This document shows positions 40,775 to 51,703 of a stretch of DNA of 64,000 nucleotides, piece after piece. A program made the translations under genes and the position numbers. The stretch lies in contig CAKOZD010000001.1 in the NCBI GenBank assembly GCA_934131175.1, positions 32,928-96,927 on the forward strand. The letters run 5' to 3'. How positions within the stretch are numbered: the first letter of the stretch is position 1; the number at the start of each line of letters is the position of its first letter. Under the pieces are notes generated by a model. It was not told where the DNA came from, ran no database searches, and was given only the letters and a program-made list of their open reading frames with translations. This DNA comes from an uncultured Bacilli bacterium (GTDB lineage Bacteria; Bacillota_I; Bacilli_A; RF39; UBA660).

Positions 40775-42136
40775 ATGAATGATACAATATGTGCAATTGC
40801 TACAAGTCAAGGAGTAGGAGCGATTGCAATAATAAGGGTTAGTGGAGAAGATTCTATAAAAATTGTTAATAAAATATTTAAAGGTAAAGATTTAGAAAAA
40901 GTTGAGTCTCATACAATAAATTATGGTCATATTACTGATGGAGATAAAATAATAGATGAAGTCTTAGTTTCAGTAATGAAAGCGCCAAAAACATTTACAG
41001 CAGAAGATACAGTAGAAATAAATACTCATGGTGGAATATCTCCAACTAATAAAGTCTTGGAATTATTGTTAGAAAATGGATGTAGATTAGCAGAACCTGG
41101 TGAATTTACTAAAAGAGCCTTTTTAAATGGAAGAATAGATTTATTAGAAGCGGAAGCAGTAATGGATATGATTAATTCTAAAACTGATGCACAAAGACAA
41201 ATGGCAATAAATCAAATCGGTGGAAAAGTATCAGACCTAATAAATAGTTTAAGAAGTGACATGGTTCAAATAATATCGAATATAAATGTAAATATTGACT
41301 ATCCAGAGTATGATGATGTTGATATCATTACAAATGAAATATTAATTCCAAAAATAACAAGTTTAAAAGCGAGAATAGAAAAAATATTAAAAGAATCTGA
41401 AAATGGAAAAATAATTAAAGAGGGTATAAAGACTTCCATTGTAGGAAGACCAAATGTAGGAAAAAGTTCACTTTTAAATGCTCTATTAGAAGAAGACAAA
41501 GCAATTGTCACAGATATAGCAGGAACAACAAGAGATATTGTAGAAGGACAAATTACAATTAATGGTATATTGCTAAATATGATAGATACGGCAGGTATTA
41601 GAAAAACTGAAGATAAGATAGAAGCAATAGGTGTTGAAAAGAGCTTTAAAATGATAGATGATTCAGAACTAGTGTTACTAATGCTTAACAATAATGAAAA
41701 TTTATCAAATGATATAAAAGAAATAATAGAAAAAATAAAAGAAAAACACTATATAGCAATAATAAATAAAATAGATTTAGAAAGTAAATTAAATAGAGAT
41801 GAACTAGGTATACCTTTAGATAAAATTGTTGAAATAAGTGTAAAAGAAAACAAAGGAATTGACGATTTAAAAGAAAAAATAGTAAAAATGTTTAATATAG
41901 ATGAATTAGAAACAAAAGATCCAACATATTTAAATAATTCTAGAAGTATTAGCATTTTAAAAAGATGTTTGAAATCTATTAATGACATTGAATATGGATT
42001 AAAAAATAACATGCCAATAGATATGATAGAGTTAGACATAAAAAATATTTGGGAAGAACTAGGAACAATAAATGGAACAACATATGAAGAAGAATTATTA
42101 GATGAGATGTTCCAAAGATTTTGTTTAGGAAAGTAA
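40775..42136 (+). CDS. mnmE: tRNA modification GTPase MnmE
   Basis: Start at MNDTICAIAT with RBS aaaggagg. G-domain GRPNVGKSSL and DTAGIR. C-terminal CLGK (here CLGK at the end). Confidence 0.95.
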   Translation: MNDTICAIATSQGVGAIAIIRVSGEDSIKIVNKIFKGKDLEKVESHTINYGHITDGDKIIDEVLVSVMKAPKTFTAEDTVEINTHGGISPTNKVLELLLENGCRLAEPGEFTKRAFLNGRIDLLEAEAVMDMINSKTDAQRQMAINQIGGKVSDLINSLRSDMVQIISNINVNIDYPEYDDVDIITNEILIPKITSLKARIEKILKESENGKIIKEGIKTSIVGRPNVGKSSLLNALLEEDKAIVTDIAGTTRDIVEGQITINGILLNMIDTAGIRKTEDKIEAIGVEKSFKMIDDSELVLLMLNNNENLSNDIKEIIEKIKEKHYIAIINKIDLESKLNRDELGIPLDKIVEISVKENKGIDDLKEKIVKMFNIDELETKDPTYLNNSRSISILKRCLKSINDIEYGLKNNMPIDMIELDIKNIWEELGTINGTTYEEELLDEMFQRFCLGK

Positions 42137-42150
42137 TAGAAGGTGATAAA

Positions 42151-44019
42151 ATGTATGAAATAATAGTTGTTGGCGGTGGTCATGCAGGATGTGAAGCTGC
42201 TCATGCCTGTGCTAGAAAAGGGCATAAAACTTTATTAATAACAAGCAACATAAAAAATATAGCAGATATGCCATGTAATCCTCATATTGGAGGAAGTGCA
42301 AAAGGAATCGTAGTAAGAGAAATAGATGCATTAGGTGGAGTAATGGGACGTGTTGCAGATAAAACACATTTACAAATTAAAATGCTAAATAGTGCAAAGG
42401 GTCCTGCTGTTCAATCATTAAGAGCACAAGGAGATAAAATTGCTTATCCAAAAGAAATGTTAAAAGAGTTAAATAGTCTTGAGAACTTAGAAATAAAAGA
42501 AGCAATGGTAGAAGATTTAATAGTAGAAGATGAAACAGTTAAAGGTGTAATCTTAGAAGATGGAGAAAAAATAGAAAGTAAAGCTGTAATATTAACAACA
42601 GGAACATATTTAAAAGCTGATGTATTAGTAGGAAATACTAGAACAAGACAAGGTCCGCACGGAGAGAAACCATCAAATCATTTAAGTGATAAATTAAAAG
42701 AATATGGTTTTAAAATTATTAGATTAAAAACAGGAACACCTCAAAGAATTGATAGAAAAACAATAGATTTTAGTAAAACTAAAGTAGAGCCAGGCGATGA
42801 TAAATTACTTACTTTTAGTTTTGATTTAGAACCATGCTATAAAATAGAAGATCAATTACCTTGTTATTTAACATATACAACTCAAGAAACGCATCAAATA
42901 ATAAGAGATAATCTAAAAAAATCAAGTATGTATGGTGCTCTTGATGATATAGAAGGAATAGGTCCAAGATATTGCCCTTCAATTGAAGATAAAGTTGTAA
43001 GATTCTCAGATAAAGAAAGACACCAATTATTTTTAGAACCAGAAAGTAAATATTATGATGATATTTATGTACAAGGATTTTCTACATCTATGCCACCGGA
43101 AATTCAAGAGAAAATGGTACACAGTCTACCAGGTTTAGAAAATGCTAAAATATTAAAATATGGTTATGCAATAGAGTACGATGCAATATACCCAACTCAA
43201 TTGAATGCATCACTAGAAACTAAGATTTTAAATAATTTGTATACTGCAGGACAGATTAATGGAACTAGCGGATATGAAGAAGCAGCATGTCAAGGTTTAA
43301 TGGCAGGAATAAATGCAAGTTTAAAATTAGAAAACAAAGAACCATTAATTTTAAAAAGAAATGATGCATATATTGGAGTTTTAATAGATGACTTAATTAC
43401 AAAAGGAATTAGAGACCCATATAGACTATTAACAAGTAGAGCAGAATTTAGATTATTATTAAGAAGTGATAATGCAGATTTAAGATTAAGAAAATATGGT
43501 TTTGAAGTTGGTATGATTGATAATGAACAACTAAACAGACTAATTGAAAAAGAAAATAAAATTCAAGAGTTAAAAGAATTCTTAAAAGAGAATAAGTTAA
43601 AAATAACTGAAGAAGTAAAACAAGAATTTGAAAAAAATAATTATCAAGTTCCAACAGCAACAATGACTTTAGAGCAACTTATAAAAAGACCAGAATTAAA
43701 CATGAATTTCATAGGTAAATTTATAGAAATACCATATCAAGATGAAATAAAAGAACAAGTAGAAATAAATCTTAAGTATGAAGGATATATTGCAAAAGCA
43801 TACAAAGAAGCAGAAAAAATGTTAAAATTAGAAAAAAAACAAATTCCTGAAGATATAGATTATGATGATATAACTAATATTGCATCAGAAGCTCGTCAAA
43901 AATTAAAAGAAGTAAGACCAAAAACAATAGCTCAAGCTATAAGAATAAGTGGAGTAAATCCTTCAGATATATCAATTCTTTCAGTATATTTAAAAAAGGA
44001 ATACAATAAAAATGAATAA
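42151..44019 (+). CDS. mnmG: tRNA uridine 5-carboxymethylaminomethyl modification enzyme MnmG
   Basis: Start MYEIIVVGGGHAGCEAA (FAD-binding GGGHAG). Confidence 0.95.
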   Translation: MYEIIVVGGGHAGCEAAHACARKGHKTLLITSNIKNIADMPCNPHIGGSAKGIVVREIDALGGVMGRVADKTHLQIKMLNSAKGPAVQSLRAQGDKIAYPKEMLKELNSLENLEIKEAMVEDLIVEDETVKGVILEDGEKIESKAVILTTGTYLKADVLVGNTRTRQGPHGEKPSNHLSDKLKEYGFKIIRLKTGTPQRIDRKTIDFSKTKVEPGDDKLLTFSFDLEPCYKIEDQLPCYLTYTTQETHQIIRDNLKKSSMYGALDDIEGIGPRYCPSIEDKVVRFSDKERHQLFLEPESKYYDDIYVQGFSTSMPPEIQEKMVHSLPGLENAKILKYGYAIEYDAIYPTQLNASLETKILNNLYTAGQINGTSGYEEAACQGLMAGINASLKLENKEPLILKRNDAYIGVLIDDLITKGIRDPYRLLTSRAEFRLLLRSDNADLRLRKYGFEVGMIDNEQLNRLIEKENKIQELKEFLKENKLKITEEVKQEFEKNNYQVPTATMTLEQLIKRPELNMNFIGKFIEIPYQDEIKEQVEINLKYEGYIAKAYKEAEKMLKLEKKQIPEDIDYDDITNIASEARQKLKEVRPKTIAQAIRISGVNPSDISILSVYLKKEYNKNE

Positions 44020-44647
44020 AGAAGAATTTATAGAAGCAGTTGAACAATTAAAAATAGATTTAACAGAAGAAAAATTAGAACAATTAAATAAATTTTATAA
44101 TTTATTAATAGAATGGAACAAGAAAATAAATTTAACAAGGATTGAAAAGGAAGACGAAGTTTACTTAAAACACTTTTATGATAGTTTAACTATTGCAAAA
44201 ATTGTTAATTTATCAGAAAAGAAGACATTATGCGATATTGGAACAGGCGCAGGTTTTCCAGGAATAGTTTTAAAAATTGTTTATCCAAATTTAAAAATTA
44301 CATTAATAGATTCTTTACAAAAAAGAGTAAATTATCTAAATGAAATAATAAAAGATTTAGGACTTGATAATATTGAAGCAATTCATGTACGTGGAGAAGA
44401 CTATAAAGGTCAATATGATGTTGTCACATCACGTGCAGTGGCAAATATAGAAAAACTATTAGGCTATACAATGCATTTAGTTTCACCAACTGGAATTTTT
44501 GTTGCTATGAAAGGTGATATAGAAAAAGAACTAACACCTGATGTTAAGAAAAAAATCGAAAAGAAATATAAAATAGAAAAAATCGAAAAATTTCTATTAC
44601 CTAAAGAAAATAGTAATAGAAGCTTAATTGTTATTAAAAATAAATAG
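44012..44647 (+). CDS. rsmG: 16S rRNA (guanine527-N7)-methyltransferase
   Basis: 211 aa. SAM motif DIGTGAGFPGI. Confidence 0.9.
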   Translation: MNKEEFIEAVEQLKIDLTEEKLEQLNKFYNLLIEWNKKINLTRIEKEDEVYLKHFYDSLTIAKIVNLSEKKTLCDIGTGAGFPGIVLKIVYPNLKITLIDSLQKRVNYLNEIIKDLGLDNIEAIHVRGEDYKGQYDVVTSRAVANIEKLLGYTMHLVSPTGIFVAMKGDIEKELTPDVKKKIEKKYKIEKIEKFLLPKENSNRSLIVIKNK

Positions 44648-44674
44648 AACATGTCAAACAGATATGTTCTTTTT
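44646..44674 (+). terminator. Rho-independent terminator after rsmG
   Basis: agaacat...atgttct 7-bp stem followed by tttt. Confidence 0.55.
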
Positions 44675-44772
44675 AAAAACTATTGAAAGAAAAATTAAAA
44701 TAAACTATAATGATAATATAGGGAAAATAAAAGTAAATAAATGAAAAATGATAATAGAAAGGGGAATGACTC

Positions 44773-46053
44773 ATGTTTAATACAGAAAAAGATGAGGTTG
44801 TACAACTATATTTAGACGATATTATTCCAAATAGATTTCAACCTAGAGAAATATTTGATGAAAGAGCATTAAAAGAGTTAGCGGTTTCTATAAGAGAACA
44901 TGGTGTTATTCAACCAATAATTGTAAGAAGTGTTGCAAACGGAAAATACGAGATAATAGCAGGAGAAAGAAGATACAAAGCATCAGCATTAGCTGGATTA
45001 ACAAAAATTCCTGCAATAATAAGAAATTTAGATGATAAAGAAAGTTCAAAAGTCGCATTATTAGAAAATTTACAAAGAAAAAATTTAAACCCAATAGAAG
45101 AGGCTAGAACATATCAAAAGATTCTTGAAATTGATCAAATGACACAAGAAGAATTAGCAAAAACAATGGGTAAGAGTCAATCTGCAGTAGCAAATAAATT
45201 AAGATTACTTTCATTACCAGATGCTATACAAAATGCTCTTTTAAAAGAACAAATTTCTGAAAGACATGCAAGAGCACTTATAAATGTACCAGATACAAAG
45301 AAACAAAAAGATTTATTAAAAAAGATAATTGACAACAAAATGAGTGTACGTGCAGTAGAAGAAGAAATTAAAAAATTGTATCCAAAAGATACAAAGAGTG
45401 GAAATGATGTTCCATTGATGCCACAGGACCAAGTTGCTTCAGCATCAGCTTTTGTTAATAGTAATCCTTTAATACCAACTGCAGAGTTACCACAAGATGA
45501 ATCAAATTTCGGAAAGGTTACTATTGCACCACCAGAAGGAGAGGAGATGCCTACGGGTAAATTTATAAATTATGGAGAAATAGGAAAAGAAAAAGATGAA
45601 GAGCCAACTATACCAAATATTCCAAATTCAGTTACATCAATAGATGTTAATACCTTAAGAAATAATACTAACGATATTAATTCTGGAAATAATGGTTCAT
45701 CATTAGATAATTTATTAAATATTGGAGGACAATCAAGTTTTATAACTCCAGCAGAAAAAATAGTTAAAACAGATACATTTGATAAAGAAAATAAATCAAA
45801 AGACTATTTCAGTACAGCAGATTTATCAGCATTAAATATTCCACAAGAAACATCTAATATCGTTCCAATTAACAATGGTATGATTCCAACTTCAAACGTT
45901 GCTGAAGAAAATTATACAATAGAAGAAGCAACAGAAAAGATTAGAGAATTAGTAAATGATTTAAAAGAACATGGTGTTAATATAAATACTGATGAAATGA
46001 ACTTTGAAAAGTCTTATCAAATTATCATAAAATTATATAAAGACAATAAATAA
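44773..46053 (+). CDS. noc: ParB-family nucleoid occlusion protein Noc-like, with a ~215-aa low-complexity C-terminal extension
   Basis: ParB N-domain (IPNRFQPRE, IAGERR) and HTH. The recognition helix GKSQSAVANKLRLL carries the Noc-type specificity residues (Gln and Lys where Spo0J has Arg and His/Met), matching B. subtilis Noc GKGQSTIANKLRLL. The gidB-noc-soj-spo0J gene order matches Bacillus. Confidence 0.7.
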   Translation: MFNTEKDEVVQLYLDDIIPNRFQPREIFDERALKELAVSIREHGVIQPIIVRSVANGKYEIIAGERRYKASALAGLTKIPAIIRNLDDKESSKVALLENLQRKNLNPIEEARTYQKILEIDQMTQEELAKTMGKSQSAVANKLRLLSLPDAIQNALLKEQISERHARALINVPDTKKQKDLLKKIIDNKMSVRAVEEEIKKLYPKDTKSGNDVPLMPQDQVASASAFVNSNPLIPTAELPQDESNFGKVTIAPPEGEEMPTGKFINYGEIGKEKDEEPTIPNIPNSVTSIDVNTLRNNTNDINSGNNGSSLDNLLNIGGQSSFITPAEKIVKTDTFDKENKSKDYFSTADLSALNIPQETSNIVPINNGMIPTSNVAEENYTIEEATEKIRELVNDLKEHGVNINTDEMNFEKSYQIIIKLYKDNK

Positions 46054-46054
46054 G

Positions 46055-46081
46055 TGGAGTTTAAAAACTCTACTTTTTTTA
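46055..46081 (+). terminator. Rho-independent terminator after noc
   Basis: GUGGAGUU-uaaa-AACUCUAC hairpin followed by T8. Confidence 0.7.
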
Positions 46082-46149
46082 TTAAAAACATTTAAAAATA
46101 ATATATTATTTGATACAATATACTAGTAAAATGGAAAATGGGTGATTAG

Positions 46150-46947
46150 ATGGGAAAGGTTATATCGTTAGTTAATCAAAAAGGTGGAGTAGGAAAAACT
46201 ACCACAAGTATTAATCTTTCTGCATCATTAGCAGTATTAGGGAAAAGAGTTTTGTTAATAGATTTAGACCCTCAAGGAAATACAACTACTGGTGTAGGAA
46301 TAAATAAAGGAGAAATAGAAAAAAGTATATATGATGTTTTAATTGGAGAGTGTAATGCAACAGAAGCTATGATTAAAACAAAATACAAAGGATTATATGT
46401 TCTACCAGCAACAATAAATTTAGCAGGAATTGATGCTGAATTATTAGAAAAAAGTAGAACACAAAATGGATTTAAAAAAGGTGAACAATTAAAAAATAGT
46501 TTAGCAGACCTAAAGGATAGTTTTGACTATATTATAATAGATTGTCCACCATCTCTAGGTGTAATTACAACCAATGCGTTAACAGCATCAAACTCAGTAA
46601 TCATCCCCGTACAATGTGAATTCTTTGCATTAGAGGGAATTACTCAGTTATTAAAAACAATAATGTTGGCTCAAAAAGGATTAAATCCAACATTAGATAT
46701 AGAAGGGGTACTATTGACTATGTTAGATTCAAGAACAAATCTTGGGTTTGAAGTTGTAGAAGATATAAGAAGATTCTTTAAGGAAAAAGTATATAATACA
46801 ATAATACCAAGACTTGTAAGATTAACAGAAGCTCCATCTCATGGAGAACCAATAGTAGCATATGACCCAAAAAGTAGAGGGTCAGAAGCCTATATCAATC
46901 TAGCAAAGGAAGTGATTGAAAGAAATGAAGGAAATGGAAATAAATAA
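46150..46947 (+). CDS. soj: Chromosome partitioning ATPase ParA/Soj
   Basis: Deviant Walker A KGGVGKTT. 265 aa. Confidence 0.93.
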   Translation: MGKVISLVNQKGGVGKTTTSINLSASLAVLGKRVLLIDLDPQGNTTTGVGINKGEIEKSIYDVLIGECNATEAMIKTKYKGLYVLPATINLAGIDAELLEKSRTQNGFKKGEQLKNSLADLKDSFDYIIIDCPPSLGVITTNALTASNSVIIPVQCEFFALEGITQLLKTIMLAQKGLNPTLDIEGVLLTMLDSRTNLGFEVVEDIRRFFKEKVYNTIIPRLVRLTEAPSHGEPIVAYDPKSRGSEAYINLAKEVIERNEGNGNK

Positions 46948-47857
46948 TATTCATGAAAATGAACACGAAGGAGAAATACCTAAAAGAAGAGCGTTAGGAA
47001 GAGGTTTGGAAGAATTATTTAGTAGTGAAGTACTTGATTATAGTTCAGTTGAAAAACAAATTGTAGAAGAAACATCAAAAGATGAAATAGTAAACATAAA
47101 ATTAAGTGAACTTAGAAGTAATCCATATCAGCCAAGAAAAATTTTTGATGAAAAAGCTTTGGAAGAACTTGCTAATTCAATTAAAGAACATGGCGTTTTC
47201 CAACCAATAATTGTAAAAAAATCAATTAAAGGCTATGAAATAATAGCAGGTGAGCGAAGAGTTAAAGCATCACTTATGGCAGGGTTAACAGAAATTCCAG
47301 CAATTGTTAGAGATTTTAATGATACTCAGATGATGGAGATTGCTTTACTTGAAAACTTACAAAGAGAAAACTTAACAGCTATAGAAGAAGCCAATGCTTA
47401 TAAAAAATTACAAGATACTCTTGGTTTGACACAAGAACAATTAGCAAATAGACTTGGAAAAAGTAGAAGTCATGTAACTAATATGTTAGGTCTTCTAAAT
47501 TTACCAGAAACAATCCAAAGTGATATAAATGATAAAAAAATCACTATGGGACATGCAAGAGTTCTAAGTAAATTACAAGATAAAGTACAACAAGCAGAAT
47601 TAGAAGAAAAAGTAATTTCAGAAGGAATGAGTGTTAGAGAATTAGAAGAATTAACACAAGCTCCAAAAATAATAAAAACAAACCCACAGAAACCAAAAAT
47701 AAGAGAAAATAATGAATATAGTTACTTACAAGAGGAGTTAAGTGAAAAATTAGGAACAAAAGTTATAGTTAAGAAAAATAAATTAGAAATAAGTTTTGTT
47801 AATGGAAATGATTTAAATAGACTATTAGAATTAATGCATATAGAGGTTGGAAAGTAA
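46916..47857 (+). CDS. spo0J: Chromosome partitioning protein ParB/Spo0J
   Basis: RALGRGLEELF, NPYQPRK and GERR motifs. The recognition helix GKSRSHVTNMLGLL has Spo0J-type specificity residues (Arg retained). Confidence 0.92.
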   Translation: MKEMKEMEINNIHENEHEGEIPKRRALGRGLEELFSSEVLDYSSVEKQIVEETSKDEIVNIKLSELRSNPYQPRKIFDEKALEELANSIKEHGVFQPIIVKKSIKGYEIIAGERRVKASLMAGLTEIPAIVRDFNDTQMMEIALLENLQRENLTAIEEANAYKKLQDTLGLTQEQLANRLGKSRSHVTNMLGLLNLPETIQSDINDKKITMGHARVLSKLQDKVQQAELEEKVISEGMSVRELEELTQAPKIIKTNPQKPKIRENNEYSYLQEELSEKLGTKVIVKKNKLEISFVNGNDLNRLLELMHIEVGK

Positions 47858-48671
47858 AATGCTTGATATATTAGGGTTTAAAATAAATATTATTCAATTA
47901 ATATTACCAATTGTATATATAACAGTTGGTTCAATATTATTTAGAGTATTAAAAAAATTAATATTAAGAGCAACGACTAAGAAAACCTTTATTAGGAAAG
48001 AACAACAACAAAAAATTAAAACTATAAGAAGCTTAATAGTAAACATAATAAAATATACAATAGTAATAATAGTACTTCTAGCAATACTTGCTAACTTTGG
48101 TATAAATGTAAAATCAATTTTAGCAGGACTAGGTATTGGAACTGCTTTAGTAGGACTTGCATTTCAAGATTTAGCAAAAGACCTTATTGCAGGATTCTCT
48201 ATCATTACAGAAGGAGAATATGAAGTAGGAGATACTATAGAAGTAGATGGATTTATGGGTGAAGTCGTTTCCATAGGTTTAAGAACAACAAGAATTAAGA
48301 ATTTTAAAGGTGCTACAAAAATAATAGCAAATCATTACATGGACAATTTAATAAATTATAGTAATAATAATTCATTAGCAGTTGTTGATGTTGGTATAGC
48401 ATATGAAAATAATGAAGATGAAATAGAAAAAGTATTTGATAAATTATTCAAAAGACTTAATGGTAACATAAAAGATGCTACAAAAGATTTAGAATTATGG
48501 GGTGTAAATGAACTTGCTGATTCATCAGTAGTCTACAGAGTCGTAGTAGAAACTAACCCAACTAAACAATTTGCCGTGGAAAGATTTTTAAGAAAAGAAA
48601 TAAAAAAGGAGTTTGATCAAGCAGGAATAAAGATTCCTTATCAACAAATCGAGGTGCATAATGGAAAATAA
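47847..48671 (+). CDS. Small-conductance mechanosensitive channel family protein (MscS-like)
   Basis: 274 aa. N-terminal TMs and conserved MscS beta-domain region ([28 protein letters not shown]). Confidence 0.75.
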   Translation: MESKMLDILGFKINIIQLILPIVYITVGSILFRVLKKLILRATTKKTFIRKEQQQKIKTIRSLIVNIIKYTIVIIVLLAILANFGINVKSILAGLGIGTALVGLAFQDLAKDLIAGFSIITEGEYEVGDTIEVDGFMGEVVSIGLRTTRIKNFKGATKIIANHYMDNLINYSNNNSLAVVDVGIAYENNEDEIEKVFDKLFKRLNGNIKDATKDLELWGVNELADSSVVYRVVVETNPTKQFAVERFLRKEIKKEFDQAGIKIPYQQIEVHNGK

Positions 48672-48864
48672 AGATTATAAGTTAGGTTCGATTGTAATCA
48701 TGAAAAAGCAACATCCATGTGGCACAAATGAATGGGAAGTAGTTCGGGTAGGAGCGGATATAAAAATAAAATGTTTAAATTGTGGAAGAACAGTTTTAAT
48801 TCCTAGAATAGACTTTAATAAAAAACTGAAAAAGATTAAAGATGTAGGAGGAGAAACATGTTAG
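48661..48864 (+). CDS. DUF951-family small zinc-ribbon protein
   Basis: 67 aa with CxxC...CxxC (HPCGTNEW...CLNCGRTV). This family is typically found next to parB in Firmicutes. Confidence 0.6.
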   Translation: MENKDYKLGSIVIMKKQHPCGTNEWEVVRVGADIKIKCLNCGRTVLIPRIDFNKKLKKIKDVGGETC

Positions 48865-50453
48865 AAAAACCAAAATTAAAATTAAAAAAATTTTATTTTC
48901 ATCCAATAACCGTATTTATATTTTTAACATTCTTTGTAATGGCACTGAGTGGAATACTTTCACTTTTTCAAGTACAAGCAACTTACAATACAATTAATAG
49001 TAATACACATGAGTTAGAACCTGTATTACTTTCAGTAGAAAATTTATTTTCATTCGATGGATTAAAATTTCTAATAAGTAATGCAGCAGTTAATTTCTTA
49101 AGTTTTGCTCCTTTAGGAACATTATTAATATCACTTATTGGATTAACAATAGCTGAAGGAACAGGATTTATTGAAATGCTAACAAAAAGACATATAAGTA
49201 AAGCAAATAAATATGTCTTAACATTTATAATTATATTAATATCAACTATATCTTCATTAATAAATGAAGTAGGATATGCAATATTAATACCATTAGTTGC
49301 ATTAATATACTTTATAAATAATAGAAATCCAATTTTAGGAATAGTTACAGCATTTTGTGGAGTATCATTTGGATACGGTGTATCAATATTTGTAGGTTCT
49401 ACAGAAGTAAACCTTATGGGATATACAAAAATTGCAGCAAGATTAGTAGATGATACAGCTCATATTGCTTTAACATCTAACTTAATATTTATAATAGTTG
49501 CAACTATAATATTATCAATAGTAGGTACTATCATAATAGAAAAAATAGTAGCACCAAAAATAGGAAAATATAAAAAGGATGAAGAGTTTGCAAAAACTGA
49601 ACAATATAGAGTTATAAATATCGAAGAAGAAGAACAAAAACAAATTGAAAAAGATAAATATGAAAATAGAGGTTTAAGATTTGCTTTAATAGTAGGAATT
49701 ATAATGCTTTTATTATTTATATATGCATTAATTCCAAATCTTCCATATTCTGGAATGTTACTAGATAAAGATGCCACTACATATTTAGACCAGTTATTTG
49801 GAAAGAATTCTTACTTCCAAGATGGATTTACATATATGGTATCATTAGTATTTATCCTTATGGGTATAGCATATGGATTAGGAAGTAAATCAATAAAAAA
49901 TGATAAAGAAATAATTGAAAATGCTAGTAAAAGATTTACTGGTATTGGAAGTATGATTATTCTTATATTTGTTGTATCACAATTCATTGCAGTATTTAGA
50001 AAAACAAATATTGGTTATATAGTAACAGCATGGTTTGCAACAATTCTAGAGAATATGCAACTTAGTGGAATCCCATTAGTTTTAATAACATTATTACTAA
50101 TCGCAATTTCAGGATTCTTCTTAACATCTCCATCAAGTAAATGGATGATATTCTCACCAGTTGTAGTTCCAATGTTCATGCAATCAAATCTATCTCCACA
50201 ATTTGCTCAAATAATTATGAGAGCAGGAGATTCAATGACAAAAGGATTTACACCGTTACTTGCATCATTTGTTATTTATATAGGATATTTAAATATTTAT
50301 AACTTAAATAAAAAGAAACCTTATACTATAAGAAAATCATTAAAATTAATAACACCATACTTTTTAATAATTGCAGCAACATGGATTCTTATAGTAATTG
50401 GATGGTATATTTTAGGATTACCAATAGGACCTGGAGTTGGCCCAACAATTTAA
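48858..50453 (+). CDS. AbgT-family transporter
   Basis: 531 aa polytopic. N-terminal block [47 protein letters not shown] aligns with E. coli AbgT (LLSVEGLHWFLPNVIKNFSGFAPLGAILALVLGAGLAERVG). Confidence 0.75.
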   Translation: MLEKPKLKLKKFYFHPITVFIFLTFFVMALSGILSLFQVQATYNTINSNTHELEPVLLSVENLFSFDGLKFLISNAAVNFLSFAPLGTLLISLIGLTIAEGTGFIEMLTKRHISKANKYVLTFIIILISTISSLINEVGYAILIPLVALIYFINNRNPILGIVTAFCGVSFGYGVSIFVGSTEVNLMGYTKIAARLVDDTAHIALTSNLIFIIVATIILSIVGTIIIEKIVAPKIGKYKKDEEFAKTEQYRVINIEEEEQKQIEKDKYENRGLRFALIVGIIMLLLFIYALIPNLPYSGMLLDKDATTYLDQLFGKNSYFQDGFTYMVSLVFILMGIAYGLGSKSIKNDKEIIENASKRFTGIGSMIILIFVVSQFIAVFRKTNIGYIVTAWFATILENMQLSGIPLVLITLLLIAISGFFLTSPSSKWMIFSPVVVPMFMQSNLSPQFAQIIMRAGDSMTKGFTPLLASFVIYIGYLNIYNLNKKKPYTIRKSLKLITPYFLIIAATWILIVIGWYILGLPIGPGVGPTI

Positions 50454-50457
50454 TGAC

Positions 50458-50486
50458 AAAGAGCACTGATTTTAGTGCTTTTTTAT
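50458..50486 (+). terminator. Rho-independent terminator after the AbgT gene
   Basis: agcact-gatttt-agtgct stem-loop followed by T6. Confidence 0.65.
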
Positions 50487-50553
50487 TTTGGTATTATTTT
50501 ACATTAAAGATTATAAATGATATAATATTGACGAAAGAAAAGAGGTATAAATT

Positions 50554-51654
50554 ATGAGTTTAACAGCAGGAATAGTAGGATTACCAAATGTAGGAAAATC
50601 AACATTATTTAATGCAATTACAAATCAAAAAATATTAGCAGAAAACTATCCATTTGCAACAATAGAACCAAATGTAGGAATAGTTACTGTACCAGATAAA
50701 AGAATGGATAAATTAAAAGAAATGTATGAACCAAATAAATTTATTCCAACAGCCTATGAATTTACTGATATAGCAGGACTTGTAAAAGGAGCAAGTAAGG
50801 GTGAAGGACTTGGAAATAAATTCTTATCTCATATAAGAGAGGTAGATGCAATTGTTGAAGTAGTTAGATGCTTCGATGATGGAAAAATTATCCACGTAGA
50901 TGGAAATATTGATCCAATAAGAGATATTGAAACTATTAATCTAGAACTTGCAATAGCAGACTTAGATGTAATTAATGGAAGACTTGAAAGAGTCGCTAAA
51001 AAAGCAAGAACAACAAAGAATAAAGATGATATTTTAGAAACAGAAGTTTTAGAAAAATGTAAAAAAGCCTTAGAAGAAAATACACCAATCAGACAGCTAG
51101 ACTTAACAGAAGAAGAAAAGAAGGTAATCAAGTCATATAGTTTCTTAACTCAAAAGCCAATAATTTATTTAGCAAATATTAAAGAGTCAGAATTAGGAAA
51201 TCCAGATAATATATATGTTGAAAAAGTAAAAGAGTATGCATCACAAGAAAACGCTAGAGTAGTTAGTTTATGTGCTAAAGTAGAAGAAGATTTAAGTGAA
51301 CTAAGTAAAGATGAAAAACAAGAAATGTTAGATGCTCTAGGAATAGATGGCTCAGGCTTGGATAAATTAATAACTGCAACATATGATATCTTAGGATTAG
51401 CAACATATTTTACAGTAGGAAAAGATGAAGTAAGAGCTTGGACATTTAAAAAAGGAATGAATGCCAAACAATGTGCAGGAATAATTCATACAGATTTTGA
51501 AAAAGGATTCATTAGAGCAGAAGTTATGTCATATGAAGACTTAATTGAATGTGGTAGTGAATTAAAAGTAAAGGAGTCAGGCAAAGCAAGACTAGAAGGA
51601 AAAGAATACCTTATGCAAGATGGAGATATTTGCCATTTCAGATTTAATGTGTAG
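50554..51654 (+). CDS. ychF: Ribosome-binding ATPase YchF
   Basis: GIVGLPNVGKSTLFNA G1 motif and TGS domain. 366 aa. Confidence 0.95.
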   Translation: MSLTAGIVGLPNVGKSTLFNAITNQKILAENYPFATIEPNVGIVTVPDKRMDKLKEMYEPNKFIPTAYEFTDIAGLVKGASKGEGLGNKFLSHIREVDAIVEVVRCFDDGKIIHVDGNIDPIRDIETINLELAIADLDVINGRLERVAKKARTTKNKDDILETEVLEKCKKALEENTPIRQLDLTEEEKKVIKSYSFLTQKPIIYLANIKESELGNPDNIYVEKVKEYASQENARVVSLCAKVEEDLSELSKDEKQEMLDALGIDGSGLDKLITATYDILGLATYFTVGKDEVRAWTFKKGMNAKQCAGIIHTDFEKGFIRAEVMSYEDLIECGSELKVKESGKARLEGKEYLMQDGDICHFRFNV

Positions 51655-51703
51655 ATTAGATTCTCAAATAAAAATATTTGAAGCAAATAAAAAAGATGGA
51701 ATA

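Noticed and set aside
44773-46053. Considered that the first ParB-like gene is simply a second Spo0J, or a plasmid-type ParB
   Set aside because: The recognition-helix residues follow the Noc pattern (Q...ANKLRLL), and perfect NBS palindromes occur in the window. Still flagged as a hypothesis needing a binding test.
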